A DNA stretch of 63,102 nucleotides, counting the filler, from Kipferlia bialata (taxonomy: Eukaryota): NCBI GenBank assembly GCA_003568945.1. It is 6 parts of 6 records of this genome, joined end to end, with 100 filler letters (N's around TTAATTAATTAA, not from the genome) between each part and the next. Parts side by side here need not be neighbours in the genome. Positions count along the whole stretch, not along the records: positions 1 to 11,447 come from BDIP01001236.1; positions 11,548 to 22,989 come from BDIP01001237.1; 4 more parts are not named here. The stretch is one strand, 5' to 3'. Below the pieces are notes generated by a model. That model worked only from the letters and a program-made list of their open reading frames with translations, made no database searches and was not told the DNA's origin. The position numbers and the translations under genes are program-made. Shown here piece after piece: positions 1 to 12,671 of this stretch (positions are counted from its first letter, which is position 1; each line of letters starts with the position of its first letter).

Positions 1-148
1 CCCTTATTTTCAAATAGCCAAGGCGGCCGCCCCCTCGTAATAAAAAACTGAGAATCAAAGAAGCTCTCTCTCTATATTGCCTTAACCATAGAGTGAGGGA
101 AGCGAGTACCGCTGAGGAGGACACGAGTAGTAGTGTGTAGTAGTGTGT

Positions 149-3100
149 ATGGACTACGGCCTGTCTCTGAGTGACGATGAGGGGTATGGGTCGGAGTCAG
201 AGGAGGCTGAGGCTGTAACCTCACATCGCCTGGAGGACCTACTGATGCACATAGACTCCAATCGACTGGAGGTGAGTGACACTGATTGTGTGTATAATAG
301 TGTGATCACTAGTACGTGCTGACAGAGTGCATGATGCCTCTCTGCCTTAGAAGTGTGACATTAGTATGACAGTCTCTTTGAGTGGTAACACCGGTGAAGC
401 CTCACCACCTCCTCTCACACTCACCCCAGGACTTAAAGGCCCAGTTTGAAGACGGTAATATGACCCCAAGCCGGTTTGTCAGGTACACATTGACATATAG
501 CTCTATGACGGTGTCTCTGCCAGGCTTGTATCGATATGATATACGCACACACACATATATATATATGCACTGATACCAGGATACTGATGAGTTCCTACCT
601 ACCCGCGCACCTCTATGCCACCCCTGAGTCCAAGAATGCACTGATTGCGTCACTTTTAGATTTGTTCCAGGTATGCCTATGTATAGTAGTGTGTTGCATT
701 GGTATATAGAGTTCACTGACCATGCAGGAACTGGACACACACTCCGACGGGGTCCTGGCCTGGTCTGAGTTCACATCTCTCCTGTTGGAGCAGGGGCTGG
801 CCAGGTTAGTCATGGAATTTATATTTGATACTTGTATGTGTCTCTCTCCCCACTAGTGTATGAGTCTCTTCCCATATAACACTGTAATGATACTGACACT
901 GTAGGTTCAGACTGGCTGACGAGAGCGAGGTGTCTACCTATGCCCTTGACTCACAGGCCATCAAGGGTCTAGAGACCAACATCTCGGACTGCGTCATGCA
1001 TGTGAGTGGCAGTATCAGTATCATGAGTGGCAGTGCAGGGGGGGGGAGGCGGCAGTATGCAATGGCCGGCAACAGCATACTGGAGCTGGGAACCTCACCC
1101 CTCAAGGTGGTGTATAGGCACAAGACGCTGATCGACAGGTGGGTCTACCCTGTATATCGTGGCATTTATCCTGTCTTGTCACAGTTGGCATACCCCCTAT
1201 CCCACCGCTTATGCCACCGCTTATCCCACCCCTGACCCCAGGTTGCTATCCCTGTCCCCCTTGCCCCTGCTGCTAGTCTACACCAAGGACCACAGCCTTA
1301 TCCTGCTCAGCACCGATGCGTGCCGGCCTGTCTACCAGGCCCAGCTCCTGATAGGACTCAGGGCACTCAGCTGGGACCCAGACCAGAGCCTCGTCTACAT
1401 AGGCAATGCATCCTGTGTGGGGGAGGTGCGTCACCCTTGCATGGCGTGGATATATATATATATATATATATATATGGATATCCTGTGCAGCAGAATTGTA
1501 TGTCTTGACTCATGTATTATTCTAAATATCCCCCCCCCCACTCTAGGTTCTGCGCATGCGTGTGACCCACCGCACAGGGTCCGAGGGTGTGTTTGTGACT
1601 GCCGCTGAATATGAGGCGCAGGCCAACGACCACCTGGGGTGGGAGGCCACCCCCACCCGCACAGCTGCTGCCCTCTATGAGGCCATGCCCCAGAAGGCGC
1701 CTGACCTCACTGTGCCCCAGCCAGTCAGGGACAGGCAGCGCCAGAGAGAGGCAGAGGTACTGCCATCCTTATGGGGACATGTCTCTATCAGTATATACTA
1801 TGCCGTCACCATACACACTGTATTGTGAGTATGAGCCTCATGTATACTCATGTCCAGGTCAAGTCCCGGGCCCCTGCCGCTCTGAGACATGATGCCATGG
1901 CAGCGGTCATGAACACAGCAATAGCGGGTGGGTACATATATACATGTGTATATGTATAGATGCCAGTGTATATTGAGTCACACTCCCCCTGACCCCAGGC
2001 AGCAAGGAGGGCCGGACCCTGACCGACAGAGAGAAGGAGGCCTTGTTCAAGGGAGACCAGGCCACCCTGAGGCTGGTCTCACTCCCTAGTGGCAGGAGGC
2101 AGGGGGACAGCGACAAGTACTCGCCATTCCTAGAGGTATGGGTGTATGTGTATATATATGTGTGTTGGTATGAGTATCCAGATGGATAGACCCCATTCAA
2201 CGAATATCTCTATCCTTGTCTCGTTTGAATCGTCTCACCATCCAGCACAATCTGCGAGATAAGGCCGAGCAGGAGGTCAAGGCTGGTGCCGGCAAGGGGA
2301 GTGACTCGTCTGTCTATTCCTGCTACCACGCCGATGTGTTGAAGAGAAAGAGTACCCGGCAGGGAGGTGCCCTGGAGGCATACATCAACGATGCCAAGGA
2401 GAGGGTGGACCTCGGGACCCCCCGACACAGACACCACCCCCCACACGGTATGTTCAACACGAACAAGGGGGGGCAGAGGACACCTGCCTGTCACAGCAAT
2501 GGGCACAGGACGAGGGAGGCGTCGACTGTGTCTCTGTCTGGGAGGGGAGGGGTGGCTGCGATGAGGCGGAGGGAGAGACAGAGAGACTCCAAGATAGCTG
2601 GCAGTGCCGAGAGGTCCAACATGCTCAGAGAGGTGGAGGACGGGTTGGTGCTCAGACCCATCCCCATCAAGGGAAAGGTGGGGGGTATAGGGGTGTTGGT
2701 ATGGTATATGTGTTGTCCACTGACGCCAGGTGACTGCAGACATCACTCTGTTCGACAGACACTTTGTGGTGTACACCGATGTGAGGGACATCGTGTGCTG
2801 TAGACTGAAGCTCAGTGACATCCTGGGTATAGCCAACAGACCCGAGGTGGTGGCACTGTGTGTGGTGTGCGACATTGAGGGGAACGCAGTGCTGCTAGGT
2901 AGGAGTTTTGTATGTGTTACCTTTTGCAAAGTGAATGGGTACTATTCATGACACTCTGACCCCCCCCCCCACCTCCAGACCCTCTGAACATGCACGAGAT
3001 AGCCAGGCACCGTCTGCTGGGGAGGGGAGGCATAGTGACTGCCTTATCCGTTGGTAGCTCACTGGTGTTTGTGATGAAGCATGGGAGACCATACACCATC

Positions 3101-6100
3101 AACGTGAAGGACCTGGTTGCCCCCCCCACCCTGCTGCCACCCCCCGGACACGCTAGGTATGCACCATCACTCTCTGTATGCAACCACACACAGAGGTATC
3201 TCTGGTATATATACCCCCCCACCCTCACGCCAGGGACGTCCTAGCAGCCCAGAGGCTGTCTGACACGTCCTTTGTGTCTGTGGCACTGGATGGGGAGATG
3301 AGGGTGTGGGAGGTCACGGGGAGGCGCTCTGCCTGCACCGCTGCCTTCAACCTACCTGGTCAGCTAGTAGGACACACGCCGTGCCTCAGAGGTGGGGAGG
3401 GTGTATGTATATGCACCGTTCTTTTTTGTTTGCGTAAGGGAGAGTTGGGCGAGGTTTTTGTGATATGATTGTGTGGCACGGTTGTATATACTGTTGTGTA
3501 TCCCCCCCATCTCACCCCAGGTGCCCGACCCTTCGACCACCGTCTGTCCTTTGTGTCTGCCACCAGCCTCCTGTCTGTGTACAGGTCCAGCACCGAGGGT
3601 GAGTTCCGCCAGCCTGTCTCGGACTGTCTGTGGGCACAACAGATGGGGCAGCTGATAGTGCTGACAGGCCACCGCCTCCACTTCTTTGACGCATACACGG
3701 GGGAGCACCTGCGTCTGCTGGAGGTGGGCCATCCCCAGGGCGCGGAGGAGGAGGCCGACCCCACGCCTATGGTCATCACAGCGGCCCAGCTCGACATCCG
3801 CAACAGGTCGGTGTACCTAGGTGACAGTCTAGGTGGTGTGAGGGTGGTGTCCCTGACCACGGGTATAGTCCAGTCATCGCTAGGCAGCCACCAGGCAGCT
3901 GTAGCCGACCTGCTCACCTATGGGAAGACTGTCCTGTCAGCTGGCAAGGGGGGGCTGCTGAGGGTGCATGGGGAGGTGTCAGCCGGTGACCTCTCGCTGA
4001 GGTTTGTCAAGCCGGATGTGAATGTGGTGCTGAGGATGGACCTACCTCTGCAGGAGAGTGACAGACGCACACTGGTGCAGAGAGTGAAGGCCCTGACCCC
4101 TGCCTCTGTGGCAGACACCTACCTCCCAGGCCTGGGTGTGTTTGGACTCAGTCAGTTCAAGCAGCATATGGAGCAGCTCACACAGACCACACCGCCCGTG
4201 GCAGCTGAGATCACCTGTCTGGCATATGGGGATAGCCAGCGCCTCGTGGCATTTGGCTCATCAGAGGGCCTCATCCGCTGCTATGACAGCATGTACTTCG
4301 ACAACCACCACTGTGCATCGATGCACCCCATAGGTGGGGGCTGGGTGTCATACAAGTTCTGACGAGTATCTGTATCATTGTGTGGTGTATACCCTCACCG
4401 TATAACCCCAGGCATGTGCACTGCCGCCCCTGAGGTCACTGCCGTTGCCTTCCTGGGGGACCTACCCCTGCTAGTGTCAGCTGACAGCCTCGGGTACATC
4501 TACCTGTGGACCACACGCCCTGCCTGCGTCCAGATGCAGCTGGTGTGTGCCTGGAAGCACGAGAGCAGGCCCGTCGTGCACTACCCCCTCAACATCGACC
4601 CCCTGCAGAGGTACACCGCTCTGCTGCAGAGTGGTCTGTGGCTCATGTCCAAGAGAGACGATGCAGACGGGGCCACGAGGAGGAGGGCACTGGAGAAGGA
4701 GGTGGACGCAGCCAGAGAGGGGGGGGCACCGGCCACACCCGCTGGCTCCGGTGTCAATACCAGTGTCAGTCATGCCAATACCAATGGAGACACTGCTAGA
4801 CGCAAGGGTAGGCACTCACCCGCGGCGGAGAGAGGGAGAGAGAGAGAGCATGTCAAGGGGGCGCAGAGGTTCCGGTCCGTGGTCTATGCAATTGTGGCCT
4901 CTGCGGCTGCCTCCTCCATGAGACGCTCCCTGGTGAGGGGGGGTGCCTCTGCCGCAGTGTCTGTGCTGAGCTATGACCCCCAGGCAGAGGTGCTGTCTGT
5001 GGGTGATGACCTGGGGTATGTCGTGCAGTACAGCATGTCGCACCTCCTCAGACGCATCAACGCCCTGCCCGTCCAGATAGATGCATCCACCCCAGGGGCC
5101 AAGCACGTAGTGGCCGACCTGAAGCTGGACATCGCCCCACCCGAGCTCAGGACGTGGCAACCAGCGGCAGGGACCTGCGAGGGTGTGAGGGTCGTGAGAT
5201 CCTTTAGGGCAGCTGAGGGGTGTATCTCTGGTATCACCCCCGTTGCACAGCCCCCGTCCCTAGTAGTGTCCAGCTGTGACGTGGGTGCTCCCTCTGTGTG
5301 TGTGTTCTCAGTCGAGGGTGCCTACCTAGGCAGACTGAGTGAGGCGCCCAAGACACAGGGCGAGGCCGAGGGGGAGGGAGAGGGCCTGTTTGGCCCCCTT
5401 CCCGATGTGTTTGATATGCCAGATGCCTGGGCAGCCAGGGAGAGAGACCTCGCCCACACAGGGGAGGGCCAGGCTGACGGTGCCCCTAGCCCAGACGACG
5501 GGGCCTTCCTCACCAATGTGGACATCGAGACCAAGGTGCCAACTGGGTCCAACCGGTGGAGGGGTCCTGACTACCCGTATCACAACAACCCCCCTCCACC
5601 TGTGCGTGTTGCCCTGCCTAGGCCTGCCTCTGCAGAGGGCATGACCTGGAGGCTGAGGCCCTCCAGCAAGATACGCAGGAGGGTGCTGGAGAGGGGGAGG
5701 AGGGCGGCGCTGTCCCTGCTGCGTGAGAGAGACCTTGCCACCCCCACCCCAGACGACTTGGAGGGGGACGAGGCGGACCTGCTCTACAGGTGTGTGTATG
5801 TATATGTATAATTATAGGTATATTTGTATAGGTATGGTGGTATTCAGGTAGTGTCACTTTAAGTACAAGTATTCCACTGTTTCGTATATCTTTCTTACCC
5901 CAGGTATGCGGGCATCGTCTCTGTCCCAGACGAGGTTAGGAAGAGAGAGCGCTCTGCCTCTCGCCTAGACATCTCCAACATAGGCACATCCAGTGAAGGG
6001 ACCTCGCATATGCGTCGCCGCCACACTGTGAGTGCACCAGAGACAGTGGTGCCAAGGCTGGGTCTACCCCCCAGACCGACCCCTCCCAGTGTCAGTGGCA

Positions 6101-6339
6101 CTACCTCAGACACCGAGGGAGCCCCCAGGGCCAGTGGCTCCTGGACCACCAGAGCACAGGCTGGGAGGGCACTCGCGAGGAGGGGGGGTGATGTCGACAG
6201 CAGCTACCTGTGTGTGGCTGGTCTGACAGCCAGAGAGGCCAGCCTGACTGTGCTGGATAGGCTGCACCAACAGGCCACGCACAGGGCAGGGCAGGCCAAG
6301 GCGACGGGGAGGGACAGCGTCAACTCAGAGTTCACCTAG
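149..6339 (+). CDS. Multi-exon EF-hand plus WD40-repeat protein (WDR49/WDR64/EFCAB8-like architecture)
   Basis: ATG at 149 (MDYGLSLSDDEG). Spliced exons give an EF-hand-like LLDLFQ|ELDTHSDGVLAWSEFTSLL, then WD40-like segments (FVSVALDGEMRVWEV, SHQAAVADLL..VLSAGKGGLLRVH, EVTAVAFLGDLPLLVSADSLGYIYLW). GT-AG introns throughout; stop TAG at 6337-6339. Confidence 0.75.
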
Positions 6340-6828
6340 ATGTGTATCACATAGCCGCATGACTCGTGTACACCAACATGTTATAATGTTCACTCCCAGT
6401 GTTACTGGTGTGTGTGTGTGCAGAGTCTTTCGTTACAGTACACCCCTTCTATTCCCCAGTTCCCTGTAGACAGATAGGGTGTATGGATAGGGCTATGGGT
6501 ATATTGCTGAGCGCCAAGACAGCAAGTGTATGATTAACTAAATTATTGGAGATTGGCCACTGGTGTTCATTTGCAGCCCTCCTATACAGTTACTTGTACT
6601 GTGTTCTGTTCGTGTCTATTCAACTTCCAAGCCACCACTGGTTACGTGTCTCATTTTGCTGTTACAATGACCAGAAGCCAAGTATGAAGGTATATCTATC
6701 TAATCAACACTATCAACACTAGTCTCTCTCTACAGATGCACATCTATCTCCAGGGTATAGTAATGATATATACCCCTCTCCGGGCAGTGTGTGGTGCCGT
6801 TCCTCTCCCATCATTGCATCACCCTCAT

Positions 6829-9800
6829 TTACTGCATGACCCTCAGACTATTGAGCAGGTCTGAGATCTCGCCATCCTTCCCCGTCTGCTTCCACACCAC
6901 AGACACATCCTCACTGTCATCCCCCTGTCTGTCAAGTGCCCCATATCCTGTGCCCTCAACGGGTAGACCACCCCCGTCTAACAGTGTGGCCAGAGAGTAG
7001 CCCTCGGTGGGCTGGGATCAGACTAGGCAGAAAAGGCAGTTGATCACGCACACTAACACCACCCTTAGACAGTCCAACAGGAGGAGCAGAGAGACTAATG
7101 CGTTGTGAATAATAATTATACAACCCATATCATGTCCATTTACGTATAACCCCCTCCTGCCCCACCTGGTTGACCTGAAAGAGCGGGTGCTCAATCACAT
7201 TGGATATCTGCTCGTTCAGCAGTATTGTGGGCTGCACCGACAGTATCTGACCCGCCGCTCTATCCTCCCCCTCATGCCCCTTCCTATGTCCCGGGTCCCT
7301 ATACCGGTCATACCCCCCATACCCCTCTGTCTGCCCGTGCCCTGCACTGAGCCTCCTGGCTGCATCAAGGGCCGAGTGGGAGAGAGCGGCTGCAGTGCCC
7401 AGGTTGCCTATCAGTCAGGGTAGGTATCAGTTGTATATCAGTGTTCAGACTGGTGTCCAATCCTGCCACAATACAACGATATAAGACTGTCGTGATACAT
7501 AAAGAGTGTGAGAGAGTATGTGCACCGGCCCTTAACCCCTCCACCCACCCCTATACACTCCAACCCACACGCACCTCCCCTAATGGCGGCCCATGCCAGG
7601 TTGTGCAGACTGACCACCTCCAGCTCCTGTGGAGACATGTCGTCTGTCAGACCGATGATCTCAGACAGGGACACGGGATCGTTCTTGCCCTGGGGGTGAA
7701 GGAGGGTAGCACCTACGGTGTGGTAGTTCAACACGATTGATAGTGTCACCCAGACCCACCTTGACTGGGTATGGCCCCAGTGCCCTGGTCAGAAAGTCGG
7801 GGCCCAGCAGAGAGGCAAAGGCCTGAGGGTGAGGGATGGTGCCGGGACCAGTCCTCAGTTAATACTACTACTATGAACTACTCACACATATACGCCTCCC
7901 CCACCTCCGTTGCCAGTATGCGTGTCCCGAACTGGTGGTTCAGGCCCTCTAGCCTGGCTGCCAGGTTGACTGTGTCCCCAACAAGGGTGTAGGAGAAACG
8001 GGATGCAGACCCAATGTCTGGGGTCAGACAGGGACAGTATTATCAGTCACACTTGGGTATGTTTCATGTCACAACTGTGTTTCATCCAGTGTGAGACAAT
8101 AATAGCCAGAAGAGTTGGATATACCTCTTCCTTAGACAATTACAATGCAAATATGCAGATATGCTGTGTATACACGCACTCACATCCGATAAGCACGGGT
8201 CCGGCATTGATCCCAATCTTGCACGATATCTTGTGGCGGAACCCCTGCCTCTCTATGTCCCTAGAGACATCTGCCACGCTGGTCTGGATGGCTATGGCAG
8301 CGCGGCACACCTACCAGGTCAGACATGGGGTATGAGATACCAGTGGCAGCATCAGTATCTGATCAGATACTGATATACAACACACCATTGGATACTCGAT
8401 ACGCACATCCGCCCCCACCTTCTCAGCCGATGCTGACAGTTCGAAGACCTGCTCAGTTGGCCAGACTGCCATTATACAGTCGCCAATGAACTAGGGGTGA
8501 GGGGGGGTCTCCACAGTATGATGCACTAATAATCGGCATATGCTAATACTGCCAATAGAAACGCGACAGGTAGATCTAGGAATGTGTCGATAGTTTGAAA
8601 TAGATATATACACTGTGATGTATAGACCGTGCCACACCTTGTCGATATATCCCCCGTATCTCGATATGATTGTGCTACAGGCCTCAAAGAATATCTCCAT
8701 GAAACTGGAAATCACACCTGTGGTGAGTTCCCCAACATACATAGACAAATGAGTGTGTATATATACGTGTATGTGTATGTTTCTACACCTGGGGGTTCTG
8801 TCTCACACAGACTGGTGAACCCATCCACATCCACAAACAACAGACACGCATTGGTCCTGGGGGTGGGACATCAACAACACTGTAGAACACTTACGCACAG
8901 TGACTCATGCTAATACACTGCATGTCAATGAACCAAACTCAGTACCACCCACCTCCCCATCTTTCGCACCACCTGCTCACCCCTGGCAATGTCGGTCTGG
9001 ACTGGGGGTCAGTGTCAGTGTCACATCTAGGTGTCACATCTAGGGTAGTGGCAGAGACACACAGACAGGGTATACAAGTATCAATGCATATGGAGGGAGG
9101 ATACCAGTCACCATCGACTGCGTGTATCCACATACTCCCTGCATCACGTACCGCTCTCTGGCACAAACAGACTGAAGAAGGTGTTGGTTCTGTTGAGTCT
9201 CTCTGCGGCACTGAGGACCAGACCATACTCAGACAAATCGATGAGGGGGGGAGGCGGCACAGAGTGGGTGCGACTCGCCCTGGCACTCTTAGTACCAGTG
9301 TCACCACTGGTAGATGTGTCCTCCCCCTGCCCCTGTCTGTCCCTAGGTGACACAGACACAGGCATGGAGAGGGGGTCGGCCAGGGAGCCTATGCTGTGCT
9401 GGAGGGGGGCGATGACCCTGGCGCCAAACTGGAGGACTGGGTGAGGGTGGATAGTACTGAGTAGATATGTGCTATATTGTAGTAGGTTCACACAGACTGT
9501 ACATACCGAGCAGCATCCCACATGCGTATGAGAGGGATAGGGTGATGGGAACGTAGAGCTTCAGGGCTCGGTGGGTATACTGTGGTGAGGGGCTATTCAA
9601 TGAAACTCATCACTGCTGTCTGCCTGAGGTGCAGTACAATGTGTATACCAATACCACCAGCAACACCTGCGAGTACACCATCTGGAGTGTCAGAGACAGT
9701 GCCCCATTCCCTAGGGATGTCACAGTAGAGAGGGAGAGAGAGCTGTCAGACGCGGCATAGGCCGTGCCCCCAGTCCCACCCATGCTTGTGTCGGCATTGT

Positions 9801-10962
9801 TACCCATATCACTATCCACATACACTGTGGAGACATCGGCACTGAGCAGCGATGCCCAGTTGTGCAGAGGGCAAGGCATGCCCACCCCCACCCTAGCCAG
9901 TGCCGCCTGACCCGTGGGGCAGGAGGCTAGGGCAGAGGACACACCCTGTAGCGCAGAGGCCACCCTGAGTCTCCTGACCACAGTGACTGGGGGGCAGGTG
10001 GCAGGGGCCCTGTCCCAGCCCATCAGGGGGAGGGGGAGGCCCGCATCGGACACACCCCAGTTGTCCGGTGGGAAGGGGACTGACAGCACCAGGATGTCTG
10101 ATGGGGTGTCAGTGACACTGCCGTACATGGATAGGGGGGAGAGGGGGGAGAGGGGTAGGGGGGCCTGGCCTGCAGGGAGTGCTACCGAGTGGTGCACAAG
10201 GAGACCAGACAAGACAGGGTGGGAGAGAGGGCCTCCGTCCAGGTCTGTATACATGTCTGTCCCTGCACTATACGACTGACACAGCACCTTGTGAAGCCAG
10301 GCCTCCTCTTCCAGCTTAAGGTACTTAGTACTAGTATCATCCGACTCATATGCATACCCGTCCCCATCCAGCCACAGATACCCAGTGGCCTGGTGCGGAG
10401 ACCGATGCTGGGTCTTGTCACAGGAGCCACTAGAGATAGGGTGGGCACCAATCGGGTGGATGTCCGAGTGTGCATATGAATGTATGAAGGGGTCTGTGAA
10501 GGGGTCCTGTCGGGACAGAGAGGACACAAGGCGTTCACCCAGTATACCTACGGCACTGGCGGCTATATGTGAGTGAGGGGTATGATTGATGTATAGACGG
10601 AGGGCTACGTTGGGTTGAAAAGAAAAGCACGGAAAGACTCTGACACAGGTCAAGAAGAGAGGGGGGAGAGAGAGGGAGAGAGAGAGAGAAAGGGAGGGAG
10701 GGCTGTGGGGATATGGACCATATATTTGTGCAGGGAGACATCCATGATACACTGATACATTTCACTATACTCTACACTATACATACATGTACACAGTGCC
10801 TGTACCTGCCACCGCTGCCGTGTTTCTGATGTCGTCTCTGACCAGGTCACTGACTATGGAGACTATGAGGGAGGATGATATGAGCAGGAGCACCAGGATG
10901 GTGACACTGAAACAGAGCTCAAAGGCGGACCGGAGGGACACGGCATAGAGACGCCTGATCAT
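6829..10962 (-). CDS. Multi-exon membrane-anchored class III adenylate cyclase (TM - external domain - TM - HAMP-like - cyclase)
   Basis: Spliced motifs LLFVDVDGFT (~8810-8845), GGYIDK|FIGDCIMAVW, CKIGINAGPVLIG, YTLVGDTVNLAARLEGLN (~7935-7992). Hydrophobic segments at ~10860-10925 and ~9630-9705. Stop TAA at 6829-6831. Start codon is a best guess. Confidence 0.88.
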
Positions 10963-11397
10963 GGCACAAGACACTGGCCCTGAGACACAGGGCTATGGCA
11001 CACTAGAGAATGGCAGGCAATAGGTACAGGGCGTATCTTGACACGGGTGCGGACCGCAGGGTTGGTATTAGATGCCAGGTCACAATGCAATGGTGGAATG
11101 AGGGAGGGACACCTATGCGGCATATCTACAGTCACCCTGCTCAGACCCCAGTCTCAAATGCAAGAGATACCCTCCCCTCTGAGAGAACATGCAAGCACAT
11201 TGAGTCTCTCTTCTATAGAGAAGGGGGTCCACAGGAGCATCCGAACCAAACAATTTCCGAAGGGAATATTCTGTGACATACTCTGTCTGACAGTCTGAGT
11301 CTGACAGTATCATCCGTCTGGTGATGTCTGAGTCTTCAGACACAGTGTGGTGCGTGTACTATTCTCAAGCAAGCTGTTGGTCACGATGATCGTCCAT

Positions 11398-11398
<1 letters not shown>

Positions 11399-11447
<49 letters not shown>
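11399..11447. repeat. Poly-C tract at contig end
   Basis: About 49 consecutive C immediately before the spacer. Confidence 0.95.
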
Positions 11448-11547
11448 NNNNNNNNNNNNNNNNNNNNNNNNNNNNNNNNNNNNNNNNNNNNTTAATTAAT
11501 TAANNNNNNNNNNNNNNNNNNNNNNNNNNNNNNNNNNNNNNNNNNNN
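11448..11547. other. Artificial contig spacer
   Basis: 44 N + TTAATTAATTAA (stops in all six frames) + 44 N. Confidence 0.98.
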
Positions 11548-11997
11548 GCCAGTGAACCTACTGCTGGAGACACCCGCTAAGAGAGAGGCAGTGGAGTGAG
11601 GGTGTCCAGTACACATAGAGTAGTTTACCAGTCCAAAGTACCCCTCCAGTGACAACGTACGATGCTGCGTCTACATTCTTTGCAATACGCAGAGCTCTCA
11701 GTGTTACTGACAACAGTAGACCATCAGAGATAATATATACTATATCGTGTGTCTTCAGCAACTTGGGAACACTTTCTCCTCCCGTGGCTCCATTCTGTGA
11801 TATACATCTCACCAACGATCATGGAAAACGAAAGGACGAACACCCTCCTTCACTGGGGTCTATACGGTTGGGTTAGAAGGTGAAGATACTCTTTCATAGA
11901 TGAATCACCAATGATTGAAAAATTTATCCCTTGATGATCTCCCTATGAAGCCATGGTCAATTAGAGCCTACTTACAATCAACTAATGATCTATCCAT

Positions 11998-12625
11998 TCA
12001 CTCTGCTGTGTCTATGGGGTTGGGTGCCCCTAGCCACACTCCCATCCCTGAGACTAGGGTCACGTCCTCCTCAAGTCTATCGGCTGATGGTTAGAAGAAG
12101 AGAACAGTGTCATATATATATATAGATGAATATGTGCACAATGGAGAGAGAGAGAGAGGCAAGGGTGACGTCCTCCTCAAATCTATCAGCTGATGGTGAG
12201 ATATATGTGTTTGAATACATAAGTATATGCGCACACAAAAAGAGATTGGAGAGAGAGATCCAAGACATACACATATATATAGTACCTAATAGCTGTGGCA
12301 ATAGCAGTCTGCACATCTGTGGGATATCTATCTCTATATATATGTGTGTATAGATACACAGTATCAGTATCAGTATCAGCTTAGCTGTGGCAATAGCTGT
12401 CTGCACATCTGGGATTTATGGGTTATATACATATACATATATATACATACAAATAGTATACCTAGCAGTTTGGCTGTGGCTATAGCTGTCTGCACATCTG
12501 TTGATGCCGGTGTCTCAGTCTGGTCGGTATATCCAGAGGCTAGGCCGGATATGTCTGTGCCGGTGGAGGAGACCCAGGAGAGATACCTACAGTGAGATAT
12601 ATACATATATATATAGAGAGAGAAA

Positions 12626-12671
<46 letters not shown>

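Noticed and set aside
11558..11876. Overlapping 75-85 aa ORFs at the start of contig 2
   Set aside because: No family signal or clear splice structure.
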